A program made the position numbers and the translations under genes. Positions 49,362 to 60,474 of a stretch of 64,000 nucleotides of DNA are shown here, in pieces. How positions within the stretch are numbered: the first letter of the stretch is position 1; each line of letters opens with the position of its first letter. The notes under the pieces are model-generated. The model was given only the letters and a program-made list of their open reading frames with translations. It was not told where the DNA came from and searched no databases. The stretch comes from Desulfobacterales bacterium. Lineage in GTDB: Bacteria; Desulfobacterota; Desulfobacteria; Desulfobacterales; UBA5852. Location: positions 128,001-192,000 of the forward strand of contig CAXXVS010000002.1 in NCBI GenBank assembly GCA_963674755.2. Direction: 5' to 3'.

Positions 49362-51001
49362 TGCGGATGCCTGCGGCATACGAAGCCGGCATGCAGACCC
49401 AGCTCGAGATGTTCGGCAGAGCCATGGCGGCCATGGCGGCCATAGGCAATGGCGGATCCTCTCCGGTGCTTTTCGGGCCCAACGGCAAGCCGCTGGCTCC
49501 CACGAGCAGCTACACCATCCGGCGCGAGGCGGCCAAGCGCACCGGGAGCATGAAGAACTGGCGACCCCAGGAGGTGTTCTCCAACCACGTGGAGGCCCGG
49601 GAGCGCTACGAGATCGTTAAGCGCTCGATCGACCTGGCCAACAACGATCCCCACGCCGCCGGCATCATCGACACCTTCGCCACCACCGTGATCGGCGCGG
49701 GGCTCATGCCGCACCCGGCGCCGGATCCGGACACGCTTGACCTCGACCAGGAGCGCGAGGCGGAGGTCGTGAGCCAGATGCGGGCCGCCTACCGCCAGTG
49801 GGCCCCCACGGCGGACGCCGGCGGGCGGCTCAACTTCGGTCAGGTGCAGTATTTGGCCAAGCTGTCCATGATGCGCTACGGCGAGTACTTCGTGCTGCTG
49901 CCCATGATCGAGGATCCCCTGCGGCCGTTCCGTTTGGCCTGCCAGGTGATCCATCCCCTGCGTGTCAAGACCCCCACCGACCTGATGAACGCCGGCAACA
50001 TCCGCGACGGCATCGAGCTGGGCGACTACGGCCAGCCCGTGGCCGCCTGGATCAAGAAGAGCGGCGCCGGCGGCAGCCTGCAGCTTCCGGACGTCTCCAG
50101 GAACTTCCTGCGCGTGCCGTTCAAGGCGGGCCACCGCTGGAACGTGCTGCACGGCTTCGTTTGCAAGGAACCCGAGCAGGTGCGCGGCTGGCCCTTCCTG
50201 GCGCCGGCCATGAAGTTCTTCCGCGACTTCAACGATCTGGTCTCGGCCGAGCTGGTGAGCAACGTGGTGACGGCGGCGCTGTCCTACTTCATCGAGGTGC
50301 AGGCCGGGATCAACCCCTGGGACGTGGCGGCGGGAGCTGCCACCATGTCGGACCGGCGCCTCGGCGACGACGGGTCCACCAAATGGCAGCGCTACGAGGA
50401 GACCTATCCCGGCCGCATCATGTACGGCGCCCCGGGGGAGAAGCCGCACCTGCTTTCCGCCAACCGGCCGGGCACCACATTCGAGCCCTTCACCAAGACG
50501 GTCAAGCGCTCCCTGGCCATGGCCTGCGGGCTGCCCTACGCCGTAGCCTTCAAGGACGTGTCGGACACCCAGTACGCCGGCATGCGGGCGGCCATGCTGG
50601 ATGCCTGGCGGGTTTTCACCATGGAGCGCACCTGGTTCGGGCAGGGCTTCTGCCAGCCCATCTGGACCATGCTCCAGGAGGAGAACTATCTCGCCGGCGG
50701 CCTGGACTACCCGGACTTCTACCGCGACATAGCGGCGCTCACGGCCTGCGAGTTCCGGGGATCGCCCAAGGGCAACATCGAGCCCATCAAGGAGGCCCAG
50801 GCCGACATCATCCTGATCAAAAACAATCTGAAGACCCGCGAGGCCAGCATCATCGAGCGCGGCGGCGATCCCCAGCGCACAGTGCGCCAGCTCGAAGAGG
50901 AGAAAAACGATCTCGAATCCCGCGGCCTGCCGCCTTTCGGCCCGGAAAAGCAGCCGGCGGCGGCGCCCGCCCAGGGAGGCAGCAACAATGCCGAGCAATA
51001 A
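49361..51001 (+). CDS. Portal protein, lambda family
   Basis: RS.DL..N, YGE.F, DGIE...G.P.A.W, QVRG.P and YAG.RA motifs. Confidence 0.93.
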   Translation: MRMPAAYEAGMQTQLEMFGRAMAAMAAIGNGGSSPVLFGPNGKPLAPTSSYTIRREAAKRTGSMKNWRPQEVFSNHVEARERYEIVKRSIDLANNDPHAAGIIDTFATTVIGAGLMPHPAPDPDTLDLDQEREAEVVSQMRAAYRQWAPTADAGGRLNFGQVQYLAKLSMMRYGEYFVLLPMIEDPLRPFRLACQVIHPLRVKTPTDLMNAGNIRDGIELGDYGQPVAAWIKKSGAGGSLQLPDVSRNFLRVPFKAGHRWNVLHGFVCKEPEQVRGWPFLAPAMKFFRDFNDLVSAELVSNVVTAALSYFIEVQAGINPWDVAAGAATMSDRRLGDDGSTKWQRYEETYPGRIMYGAPGEKPHLLSANRPGTTFEPFTKTVKRSLAMACGLPYAVAFKDVSDTQYAGMRAAMLDAWRVFTMERTWFGQGFCQPIWTMLQEENYLAGGLDYPDFYRDIAALTACEFRGSPKGNIEPIKEAQADIILIKNNLKTREASIIERGGDPQRTVRQLEEEKNDLESRGLPPFGPEKQPAAAPAQGGSNNAEQ

Positions 51002-52430
51002 AGCCAATGCCATTCCCGGCATCGACATCCTGTGGAGCATCCGCCCCGAGGCGCTTTCGGCCCTGGACGCGGCCATGGAGCGCTTCCGATCGGGCGCGGC
51101 CGACATCGAGGCCCTGACGGCCGCCGCTGAGGACGAGCGCGACGACTACCGCCTGCGCGACGGGGTGGCGATCATCCCCGTGACGGGGGTGATGCGCAAG
51201 CGGGCGAGCTGGTGGGCGACGTTTTTCGGCGGTGCGGCCGGCACCGTGGCCCTGGCCGAAACGGTCACGGCGGCCCTCGAGGACCCGGACGTGGAGGCCC
51301 TGCTTCTGGACATCGACTCGCCCGGCGGCACGGTGAGCGGCACGGAGGCCTTCAGCGACATCATCTATGCGGCCCGGGAGCAGAAGCCGGTGGTGGCCTT
51401 CGGCAACGGGCAGATGTGCTCGGCGGCCTACTGGGCGGGGAGCGCGGCCGATCGGGTGATCGTGGAGCGCACGGCGGACGTGGGCTCCATCGGGGTGCTT
51501 TGCCTGCATGCGGACTGGAGCAAATTCGACGAGCGCATGGGGGTCAAATACACGATCCTGCACGCCGGCGAGTTCAAGGCCGTGGGCAACGACGTGGAGC
51601 CGCTTTCTGACCGCGACCGCGCCATCATCCAGGCCGAGCTGGACACCATCTACGCCATCTTCATCGACACCGTGGCCAGGAACCGCGGGGTGGATGCCGA
51701 GACCGTGCGCAAGGATATGGCCGAGGGCCGCGTCTTCATCGGCCAGGCGGCCGTGGAGGCGGGACTGGCCGACGCCGTGGGCAATTTCCAGGACGCCCTG
51801 GACGCCGCCCGGGAGCTGGCCGAGGAGGCCTACACCGCGCAGACGCGCATTTATCAACCCTATTCAGGGGCGCTGTCCCCTGGGAAGGAGATCTCCATGA
51901 CTGGCAAGACCAAACCGACAGGGGATGCTCCCAGAACCGCCGACGAGCTGGCGGCCGCCTTTCCGGAGCTGGCCGAAGCGCTGCGGCGGCAGGGGGCAGA
52001 ATCCATCAACCAGGAGGCGATCCGCGCCGAGGGGGCCCAGGCCGAGGCCGAGCGCCTGATCGGGCTCGTGGGCGTGCATTTTGGCCAGGCCGCCGCGGAG
52101 AAGTTCCAGGCCATCGCGGCCACCGGGATCACGCCGGACCAGTACAAGGCCACGGCCGGCGACACGGCTCCGGGATTGTCCCACGCCATCGAGGAAGCGG
52201 CCGGCATCGAGGCCAAGAAGAAGGAGATGCTGGCGGCCATCACCGCGGCCGGCGCGTCCAACCCGGGCAGCGGGACGGAAGCACCGGGCGGGGAGGACAA
52301 GGACTTCCTGGCCCTGGTGGAGGAATACCGCGCGGCAAACAAGTGCGGCAAGGCCGAGGCCCTGCAGGCCGTGATCAAGTCGCACCCCAAGGCCCATGCG
52401 GCCTACCTCAAAAGCGTGAACGCCCACTAA
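50988..52430 (+). CDS. S49 head-maturation protease with C-terminal scaffold domain
   Basis: LDIDSPGG, MCSAAYW, VGSIGV and GLAD motifs. Confidence 0.92.
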   Translation: MPSNKANAIPGIDILWSIRPEALSALDAAMERFRSGAADIEALTAAAEDERDDYRLRDGVAIIPVTGVMRKRASWWATFFGGAAGTVALAETVTAALEDPDVEALLLDIDSPGGTVSGTEAFSDIIYAAREQKPVVAFGNGQMCSAAYWAGSAADRVIVERTADVGSIGVLCLHADWSKFDERMGVKYTILHAGEFKAVGNDVEPLSDRDRAIIQAELDTIYAIFIDTVARNRGVDAETVRKDMAEGRVFIGQAAVEAGLADAVGNFQDALDAARELAEEAYTAQTRIYQPYSGALSPGKEISMTGKTKPTGDAPRTADELAAAFPELAEALRRQGAESINQEAIRAEGAQAEAERLIGLVGVHFGQAAAEKFQAIAATGITPDQYKATAGDTAPGLSHAIEEAAGIEAKKKEMLAAITAAGASNPGSGTEAPGGEDKDFLALVEEYRAANKCGKAEALQAVIKSHPKAHAAYLKSVNAH

Positions 52431-52500
52431 GCCGCCGGGCGGCGGTTTTCTCTCATTAACGACCGGCTGCGCGACAGCCGGATGACGACGGAGGCACATC

Positions 52501-52866
52501 ATGGGTTGGAACGAAGGGAAGAAAACGTTCAAGGCCGGCGCGGCGATCGAGGCCAGACGGCGGGTGAAGCTGTCCGCCGGGACCACCACAACGCCGCCCG
52601 AGGTCGAGCATGCCGGTGCTGGCGAGGATTATATCGGCGTCAGCGAGTACGCCGCGCCAACCGGGGAAGATGTATCCGTGCGCCTTAAAAACGCGGACGG
52701 CACGTTCGAGGTGGAATGCACGGTGGGCGCGGCCATCGCGATTGGCGCCAGCCTCTACGGGGCGGCCGACGGAAGAGTCAGCGACACCGTGAGCGGCACG
52801 GCCCAGTTCACCGCCCTGCAGGCGGCCGGCGCCAGCAACGAGCATATCGAGGTCCTTCCGGTATAG
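52501..52866 (+). CDS. Capsid decoration/cement protein (DUF2190-like)
   Basis: Small Gly/Ala-rich beta protein between the protease and capsid genes. Confidence 0.65.
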   Translation: MGWNEGKKTFKAGAAIEARRRVKLSAGTTTTPPEVEHAGAGEDYIGVSEYAAPTGEDVSVRLKNADGTFEVECTVGAAIAIGASLYGAADGRVSDTVSGTAQFTALQAAGASNEHIEVLPV

Positions 52867-52911
52867 GCCGGGCGGATGAAACCTTTTTCCCATTAAAAGG
52901 AGAATCGCATC

Positions 52912-53913
52912 ATGAGACCCACAAGCGGATCTGCCGTTTACCGGCCGGACCTCGGCATCGCGGTAATGGAGTTCACCGAGGGGCCGACCATGAACTACAT
53001 CGGCCTGGAACTTATGCCGCTTTATCCCACGGCCAAAGCCGCATCGAGCTATCCGGTGATTCCCAAGGAAGCCTTGCTCAAGCTTATGGATGTGAGCCGC
53101 GCGCCGCGCGGAACTTACAACCGCGACGATTTCGAATACGAGCGGGGCGTGTACCAGACCGCTGAAAAAGGCACCGAGGAGCCCATCGACGATTCCGAGC
53201 GCGACATGTTCGACGAGGAAAGCCAGGGGCTGTGCGAAATGGTGGCCACGAAGCGGGCCTGGAACCGCATCCTGCGCGGGCAGGAGTATCGGATCAAAAG
53301 CAAAATCCAGGATGCCGCGCGCTTTACGGCGCACAATCTCGGCACGGAGTGGGACAAGCCGGAAACGGCCACGCCCGTGGACGACATCAACGACGCCGTG
53401 CTGGCCTTCCGCACGCAGTGCGGCATGCTGCCGGATGTGCTGCAGATCAACTACAAACAGATGATGAAGGTCAAGCGCTGCGACCAGGTGATCGACCAGC
53501 TGAGCAGCACGTTTCCCGGCCTCGATATCAATGCCCTGACCGCCGCGCATCTGGCCCAGATCTTCAACGTGCCGCGCGTGCTGATCGGCGGCTCGGTCTA
53601 CGATTCCTCCGGCAAGGGCGTCGACACCGTCGTGGCCGACATCTGGAGCGACGAGTACGCCAGCCTGATCAAAATATCGGACCGGCTGGACCTGATGGCG
53701 CCGGGCCTCGGCCGCACCTTCCTGTGGACGGCCGACAGCCCGCAGAATCCCATCGTGGAGAGCTACCGCGAGGAGAAGATCCGGAGCGACGTGCTACGGG
53801 TGCGCCACAACGTGGACGAGCGCCTGCTGGCCAGCTACGACGACAACGGCGCCGTGGTGAGCGACATCGCGGCGGCCTGCCACTACCTGATCGGCAACGT
53901 GCTCACCGTATAG
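52912..53913 (+). CDS. Major capsid protein
   Basis: 333 aa, SD AAAGGAG, position in the head module, W.....P..DI and LG.TF.W patterns. Confidence 0.8.
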   Translation: MRPTSGSAVYRPDLGIAVMEFTEGPTMNYIGLELMPLYPTAKAASSYPVIPKEALLKLMDVSRAPRGTYNRDDFEYERGVYQTAEKGTEEPIDDSERDMFDEESQGLCEMVATKRAWNRILRGQEYRIKSKIQDAARFTAHNLGTEWDKPETATPVDDINDAVLAFRTQCGMLPDVLQINYKQMMKVKRCDQVIDQLSSTFPGLDINALTAAHLAQIFNVPRVLIGGSVYDSSGKGVDTVVADIWSDEYASLIKISDRLDLMAPGLGRTFLWTADSPQNPIVESYREEKIRSDVLRVRHNVDERLLASYDDNGAVVSDIAAACHYLIGNVLTV

Positions 53914-53985
53914 GCCGCAAGACAGGGGCGGGGCACATGACGACCGCCTCGGGGACAGCCCGGGGCGGTTCGGGAGCGAGAACCC

Positions 53986-54363
53986 ATGATTGATCCCAGC
54001 AAGGTGTTCACCGAGGAACAAAAGGCGGCTATCGATACGATCCTGGCGGCCGGCTTCGAGGCGTTCGCGGACACGAAGATCCAGGACACCCGCGAACTCG
54101 GCACGGGAAAGCGCCGCCGTACCTGGCGCCACCGGCGGCGCTACGCCATGGTGCTGGCGCTGAAGAACATTCCGCCCGAGATCGAGGCCGTCGCGGAAGC
54201 GCCGGCACCGGTCAAGCCGCTGGAGGAGATGAACAAGGCCGAGCTCCTCGAGACGGCCAAGGACTACGACCTGGCGGTGCCATCCACCACGAACAAGCCC
54301 GAGATCCTGGCGGCCGTGAAAGCCGCCCGGGCCCGGCGCGAGCTGATCCACCGGAAGTTCTAG
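53986..54363 (+). CDS. Hypothetical head-module protein with C-terminal Rho-N/SAP-like motif
   Basis: LEEMNKAELLE.AK.......NK.EIL. Confidence 0.6.
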   Translation: MIDPSKVFTEEQKAAIDTILAAGFEAFADTKIQDTRELGTGKRRRTWRHRRRYAMVLALKNIPPEIEAVAEAPAPVKPLEEMNKAELLETAKDYDLAVPSTTNKPEILAAVKAARARRELIHRKF

Positions 54364-54370
54364 GGCCGCC

Positions 54371-54679
54371 ATGGGCATCTTTAGCGACAATCGCGGTGTC
54401 TGGGAAGGCGTCTTTGAGCGGATGGCCGAGACCGTGACTTACAACGGGATGGACATCCCGGGCTCGGTGACCTACGGCGAGGATCTCGCCACCCGGGCGG
54501 GCCGGCCGGGGATGATGGCCGAGGCCGAGCTCGAGGTGCTGAAACGCGACGTGCCGGCGCCGGTCTACCGCGACACGGTGCTGATCGACGGGGCCGCCTG
54601 GCGGGTGCGGCACGTGATCACCGGCGACGAGTGGGGCTGGCGGCTGGCGATCTCCAACGACGAGAGGCTTGCGCGATGA
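54371..54679 (+). CDS. Head-tail joining protein (gpFII-like)
   Basis: P..RD.V.IDG..W.V pattern and position. Confidence 0.7.
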   Translation: MGIFSDNRGVWEGVFERMAETVTYNGMDIPGSVTYGEDLATRAGRPGMMAEAELEVLKRDVPAPVYRDTVLIDGAAWRVRHVITGDEWGWRLAISNDERLAR

Positions 54680-55311
54680 GGCTGGCCTACACCATCAAGG
54701 GCATCCGCCAGCTGCAGAAGGATCTCGAGGCGGACACCAGGGAGAAGAAAAAGGCCCTGGAGACCGCCATCAAGGTGGAGGGCTTCCGGCAGCTCAGGCT
54801 CCTGCGGGAGCAGATCCGGGCCGGGGAGCCGGGTGCCAGGCCCTATGCCGCCAAGCTAAGCCGGATCGCCGCCCATACCAAGGCCGGCCGCCTGCGCAAA
54901 AACCAGGCCCCGCTCTATAAGCTGGCCCGCCTGCTGCGCTACGTGGTGACCTACGAGAACGGCGCCCTGTCCTTCCGCTTCGGGTTCGTCAGCGGCGGGG
55001 GCGGAGCCTTCCAGACCGGATTCTGGAAGCGGCTGATCATAAAGCATCAGGCCTCGGCCGAGGTCAATTTCAGTGAAATCCTCTACTCCGGCAGCCGCAG
55101 CGAGCTGGGCCGGCGCCTGGCCCGGATCGGCGGCCGCCTCAAGAAGAAGGGCGACCCGGACGCCAAGTTCTTCTTCCTGCGCCGGGAGACCGGGCGCGTC
55201 AAGCTGCCGGCCCGACCCATAATCGCGCCCTTCTGGGACCGGTACCAGGACGAGGCGGCGGCCAACATCCAGGCCAATTGGGCCCGCAAACTGAGAGGGG
55301 AGCGCATCTAA
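54676..55311 (+). CDS. Neck/tail-completion protein
   Basis: Basic protein with C-terminal PARP.I.P; ATGA coupling to the upstream gene. Confidence 0.6.
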   Translation: MRLAYTIKGIRQLQKDLEADTREKKKALETAIKVEGFRQLRLLREQIRAGEPGARPYAAKLSRIAAHTKAGRLRKNQAPLYKLARLLRYVVTYENGALSFRFGFVSGGGGAFQTGFWKRLIIKHQASAEVNFSEILYSGSRSELGRRLARIGGRLKKKGDPDAKFFFLRRETGRVKLPARPIIAPFWDRYQDEAAANIQANWARKLRGERI

Positions 55312-55782
55312 ATGGGCAACGTCACCGATCTGGCCCGGCAGTGCCTGAACGCCGTGGCGGCCGATGCCGCCGTGCAGGCCTTCTGCCAGCAGTCCTACGG
55401 CCAGGGGCCCAGCCTGATCCACGGGATCGACCCGGAAAACCCGCCCGGCCAGGGCGCCTACCCCATCGTGGCCGTGACGGACGCGGTGCGCAGCACCAGC
55501 CTGGCCCGCAACGCGGAGGAGTACACCCTGGGGTTTCTGGTGGCCGTCAACAACGAGGCCGTGACCACCACCGGCGGGCTGACGACCTACCAGGGCATGG
55601 CGGAGGCCGGGGACCTTTCCGAACTGGTGGAGGCCGCCGTGGTCGGCATGCTGCGCCGCCGGTTCCCCAGGATTTCCCTCGAGACCGAGACGGGCGTCGA
55701 GAGCGACTACCCGCTTTTCGCGGGTTTGATCACCATCACGGCGGCCGCGGCCGGATCGAGCCGCGCGCCCCTTTACCGATAG
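55312..55782 (+). CDS. Tail terminator-like protein
   Basis: Size, YP.V.V pattern, position before the tail tube gene. Confidence 0.55.
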   Translation: MGNVTDLARQCLNAVAADAAVQAFCQQSYGQGPSLIHGIDPENPPGQGAYPIVAVTDAVRSTSLARNAEEYTLGFLVAVNNEAVTTTGGLTTYQGMAEAGDLSELVEAAVVGMLRRRFPRISLETETGVESDYPLFAGLITITAAAAGSSRAPLYR

Positions 55783-55809
55783 GCGACACACCACAAGGAG
55801 GAAATTGTC

Positions 55810-56769
55810 ATGTTGGGATCCGATACCAAAAACATCCGCTACAACGGCACCGGCCGGGTCTACATGGGGGAGGTGGGCGGCCTCAGTTTCGTCGAGATCG
55901 GCGAGCTGGAAAACCTCGCCTTCGGCCAGACAGCCTCGACGGAAAAGCTCAAATCCAACCGCCACGCCGCCCGGGCTACCATCCTGGAGGTCGACCAGGA
56001 GCGCGAGGCCACCCTCAACCTGGGGCTGCGCGAGCTTTCCGAGGAGAACCTGCAGGTGGCCTTCCTGGGCAGCGCCATCAACGTCGACAACCAGGCCGCC
56101 GGCAACGTTTTCCAGACCGTGCCGGCCTATGTCAACGACCGCTTCGTCGACCTGGGCAAGCTCAACGTGTTCGTGACCAGGATCACCGGCGCGATCGTCG
56201 GCTCGCTGGCCGTGGGCGACACGGTCACCGGCGACAGCTCCGGCGCCACGGCCGACATCGCCTTCGCGGGGGCGGGCTTCGTGGTCCTGGTGAACCTCGC
56301 GGGCACCATCACCCCCGGGGAGCAGCTGGAGGAGACGGCCGACACCAACTACATCACGGTCACCTCCATGGAGAAGCTGGAAGACGTCTGCGTCGCCGAC
56401 GCCGCGGGTGCCGTCCTGCGCGCCCAAGGCACGGACTACTCTCTGGATCCGGACTACGGCATGCTGCGCAAGCTCTCCACGGGCGGCATGGCCGACACGG
56501 ACGTGGTCTCCTTCGACCACGAAGCCGTGAACCGCAAGTACGTCCACGGCATGAGCTCGGGCAGCGTGGAGAAGAAGATCATCGTGGTCACGGACAAGGA
56601 CGACATCGGCCCGCGCCAGCGCTACACCTTCCACAAGGTCAAGCTCGCCATGAACGGCGACATGCCCCTGATCGGCGACGGGGTGGCCGCGCCCACCCTC
56701 CAGGGCTCGGTGATCGAGGACAGCTCCCAGCCTGCCGGCCAGGGCTACTACAAAGCCGAAATGATGTAG
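55810..56769 (+). CDS. Major tail (tube) protein
   Basis: Y.G.G.V and L.E.S.ENL..A patterns; SD AAGGAGG; hairpin after the stop. Confidence 0.75.
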   Translation: MLGSDTKNIRYNGTGRVYMGEVGGLSFVEIGELENLAFGQTASTEKLKSNRHAARATILEVDQEREATLNLGLRELSEENLQVAFLGSAINVDNQAAGNVFQTVPAYVNDRFVDLGKLNVFVTRITGAIVGSLAVGDTVTGDSSGATADIAFAGAGFVVLVNLAGTITPGEQLEETADTNYITVTSMEKLEDVCVADAAGAVLRAQGTDYSLDPDYGMLRKLSTGGMADTDVVSFDHEAVNRKYVHGMSSGSVEKKIIVVTDKDDIGPRQRYTFHKVKLAMNGDMPLIGDGVAAPTLQGSVIEDSSQPAGQGYYKAEMM

Positions 56770-56833
56770 GATAACCGCCTGCGATGAAACCGGCCCGGCC
56801 CGCTGCGGCCGGGCTTTCTGAAGGAGAAAACCG

Positions 56834-57178
56834 GTGCCGAAGAAGAAAGAGATCGAAGTGAAAGGCAAGAAGCTTACCGCCCGGGAGCTCACCGCGGCCC
56901 AGATTCGCGAGTTGCTGGACACCAACGGCGAGGGCGACGCGGAAGAGGTCAGCATCGTCGATATCCTCTACCCGGACAAGATCCCCTGCGCGGCGGCGGC
57001 CATGAGCATCGGCAAGACCAAGGCCGCCCTGGAGAAGATGGCGCCCAGCGAGCTGGACCCCATCATGGAGGCCGCGACCGAGGTAAACCCTTCTTTGGCG
57101 GCCCTGATCGCGCGTCTGGCCAAAGTCGGGGCCGCCGCCCTGCAGGCGAAATCCTCGACCGATGCGTCTGCCGTCTGA
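56834..57178 (+). CDS. Tail assembly chaperone (gpG-like)
   Basis: RELT..QIR...EVNP pattern; lies between the tail tube and tape measure genes. Confidence 0.7.
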   Translation: MPKKKEIEVKGKKLTARELTAAQIRELLDTNGEGDAEEVSIVDILYPDKIPCAAAAMSIGKTKAALEKMAPSELDPIMEAATEVNPSLAALIARLAKVGAAALQAKSSTDASAV

Positions 57179-57278
57179 TCATGCTGGGCCACCATAACGC
57201 CTGGGACTACTGCTGGGGGTTCTTCCTGACCGCCCTGGACGAGGCCGTCAGGACCCCTCCCCCCGCAACGGACGAATC

Positions 57279-60200
57279 ATGACCGATCCCAAACTATCCA
57301 TCACCCTGGGCGCCAGGGACGAAGCCTCGCCCGAGGTTCAAAAGCTCAAGCGGGAGCTCGAGACCCTGGGCAAGATAAAGGCCTTCGAAAAGCTCAAGCG
57401 CGACACGGCGGCCGCCGAGCGTGAGTGGCGCGCGGCCCAGCAGCGGGTGGCCGAGATGGCCCGCGATATGAAAGCGGGCGGGGCCGCCACCCGGAAGATG
57501 GCCCAGGAGTTCGAGCAGGCCAAGCGCCAAGCCACGTCGCTCAAGCAGGCCTATCTCGCCAACCGAGACGGCCTGCAGGCCATGCGCCAGTCGCTGGCTT
57601 CGGCAGGGGTGGACACCCGGCGCCTGGGCGATGCCCAGAAGCGCCTGCAACAGTCCACCCGGGAAGCCCAGAGGGTGCTCGCGGCCAAAAGCCAGCTCAA
57701 GGTGGCCCCCTACCGTGAGGTGCGCGCCGAGATCGGGCGCCTGCGCGCGGCCTATGACACGCTGAAGAAATCCGGCACCCTCTCCACAGCCGAGCTGATC
57801 CGCGCCAAGCGCGAGCTGCGGCGGCAGACGGCGGCGCTTAAAGCCGAGACCGGCGGTTGGACGGCTGCCATCGGCAAGGCTCATGCGGCGCTGCTGGGCA
57901 TGGCCACGGCCGGCTACGCCTTCATCCAGTCCTTCCGGAACTACAGCCAATTCCGCCAGCGCATGGCCGAGATCGACACCATCGCCGACACCAGCCGGGA
58001 ACGCATGGGGCAGCTCTCGGACGAGATCCGAAGGCTGGCCTTGGCCATCCCCCAGACGGCTGGCGAGCTGGCGGCGGCCGAATACGACATCATTTCCGCC
58101 GGCGTATCCCTGGAAAAATCAACCCGCACCCTCGCGCTATCATCCAAGGCGGCCGTGGCCGGCGTGACCGACACCAAAACGGCCGCCAACACCGGTATCA
58201 GCGTCATCAACGCCTACGGCAAGTCGATCGACGAGTTGGACGGGGTTTACGACATTCTCTTCCAGACGGTGAAGAGCGGGGTGACCACTTTCCCGCAGCT
58301 TGCCCAGAATATCGGCGAAGTGTTGCCCACGGCCCGGGCCGCGGACGTGCAGTTCCAGGACGTGGCGGCCGCGATCGCGGCCATGACCAAGGCCGGCATC
58401 CGCACGCCCCAGGCCGCCACAGCGCTCAAGGGCGCCATCAACGCCATGGCAGCGCCGGCGCCCGAGGCCCGCAAACAGTTCGCGGCGCTCGGCATCACCT
58501 GGCAGGGGCTCATCCCGACGCTGGAGCAGATCCGGCAGAAGAGCCTTTCCATCGACCAGCTGCGCCTGCTCATCCCGGACGTGGAAGCCCGCACGGGCGT
58601 GCTGGCCCTGACCCAGAATTTCGAATCGCTCGAGGAGATCCTGGGCAAGATGGACACCGCCGCCGGCGCGATGCAGAAGGCCTACGACAAGATGAAGGAT
58701 ACGCCGGAAAACCAGATCAAGCTGCTCAAGAACGAGTTCACCGACATGCTCTTTTCCGCCTCCGCCCTGGCGGCCGAGGGGCTGATCCCGCTCTTCAAGG
58801 CCCTGCGCTGGGTGATGGACGGGATGCGCGAGATGGACACCCCCACCAAGATCACCATCGCCACGCTGCTGGCCGCCGGGGTGGCCTTTAAGCTGTGGAA
58901 AGTGGGCCTCGGCGACATGGTGCTCGGCATGATTCAGGCCGCCCGCCAGATGGGGATTACCGGCGCGGCGGCGGGCGTCATGTCAAACGCCTGGCAGGCA
59001 GCCGGCCTGGGGATGAAGCTGGCCTTCGCCGGCGTGGTGGCCTTTACGGCCGTGCAGCTGGTCCGCCTGGGCAAGGCCATCTATGAGGCCAAGAAGGCGG
59101 GGGATACCGCTCGCCAGGCCGCCGAGCGGGCCGCGGCCGCCAACGACAAGGCCGTCGACAGCCTGTCGCGCTGGAAGGGCGTGACGGTCCCGGACGACAT
59201 CGCCGGCCGTGCGCCTGAAGAACTCGAGGAGCTGCAGGATCATCTGTGGCGCGCCCGGCTCTACTACCAGCAGCTTGTGCAGCAGATGGAGCGCACGGGC
59301 GACCAGAAGGGGCTGGAGGAGGCCAAGAAGCGCCTGGCCGAGGTGCGCAAAGGATTCGAGCAGGTAAAAGCGGCGGTTTCCGCCACCGCCGAGACAATGG
59401 AAAAGCCCGCCGAGGCCGTCATGGCCACTACCGAGCAGCTCGACGAATTCGAGAAGAAGGCCAAGGACGCCTACCAAAACGCCAAGGCCGAGGCCGAGAA
59501 ATACGCCGCCGAGATAGAAAAGATAAACCGCCGCATCGCCGAGCGGCAGGTCGACACCGAGGACAAGATCCGGGAGCTGAAGCGGGCGAATCTTTCCGAC
59601 GACGAGAAGATCGCCGACATCCGCCTTGAGGCCATCGAAAAGTTGCAGGCGGCCCAGCAGGAGCTGTCCAAATACCAGGCCGAGGACTCCGACCAGGCCC
59701 GGGACAACGCCAAACGCTTCTTCGACGACGCGGCCAGATTGTGGGAGCAGTACGCCGGCCAGGGCGAGGACGCCACCAGAGAGGCGATTTCCGGCCTCGA
59801 GGACATCAAGAAAGGCCTGGACGCTCTGGACACCACCGAGATCGGCTGGATCCAGAAGATGAAGACCCAGGCCGAGGAGATGGCCGCCACCATCGAGCAG
59901 CAGCTCGAGCAGCTCACCCGCGACCGGGAGGCCAAAGTCACCATCGAGCTGCGCCGCCTCGAAGAGGCCCAGGCCGCCATCAACGATCTTACCCGTGATG
60001 AGACCAAGCATATCTATGTCACGGTCCACCAGCGAACAGTTGAGGAAAACGCCGCAGGGGGGGCTGGCCGGATCCGGGCGGTTCGCTCGGCGCTCCGGAA
60101 AGCTGGCCGGATATGGCGGCGGGGACCGCATCCGGAGCCTCCTCGAGGCCGGCGAATACATCATCCGCAAGGAGGCGGTGCAGAAGTACGGGGCCGGCCT

Positions 60201-60465
60201 CTTTCACGCCTTGAACGGCATGCGGCTGGCCCTGCCGGACGTGGCCGGCATGGTGCGCGCCCGGCTCGGCGGCCTGGTGGCAGGGATTCAGATACCGGCA
60301 ATGGCGGCCGGGGGACTCGCAACGCCGACCGAAACCATGATCCTGGACCTGCGGGCCGGTGGGGTGTCAGCGCCCATGCGGGTTGTGGGCAGTCGACAGA
60401 CCGTGCGCGCGGCGGTCAAGGGCCTCGAACAGGAGCTGGGGCGCATGCGCCTCAGCCACCGGTAG
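57279..60465 (+). CDS. Tape measure protein (TP901-type core), frameshifted at G7 60057-60063
   Basis: Long helical ORF; the conserved C-terminal GYGGGD.I..LLEAGE.I motif lies in the frame of ORF 59995..60465. Confidence 0.88.
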
Positions 60466-60474
60466 GAGACGGCC

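Noticed and set aside
49337..56955. Long antisense ORFs (49337..51106, 54856..56955; likewise 121..1152, 12509..13759, 23771..24715, 44437..45819)
   Set aside because: Shadow frames of well-supported genes on the opposite strand.
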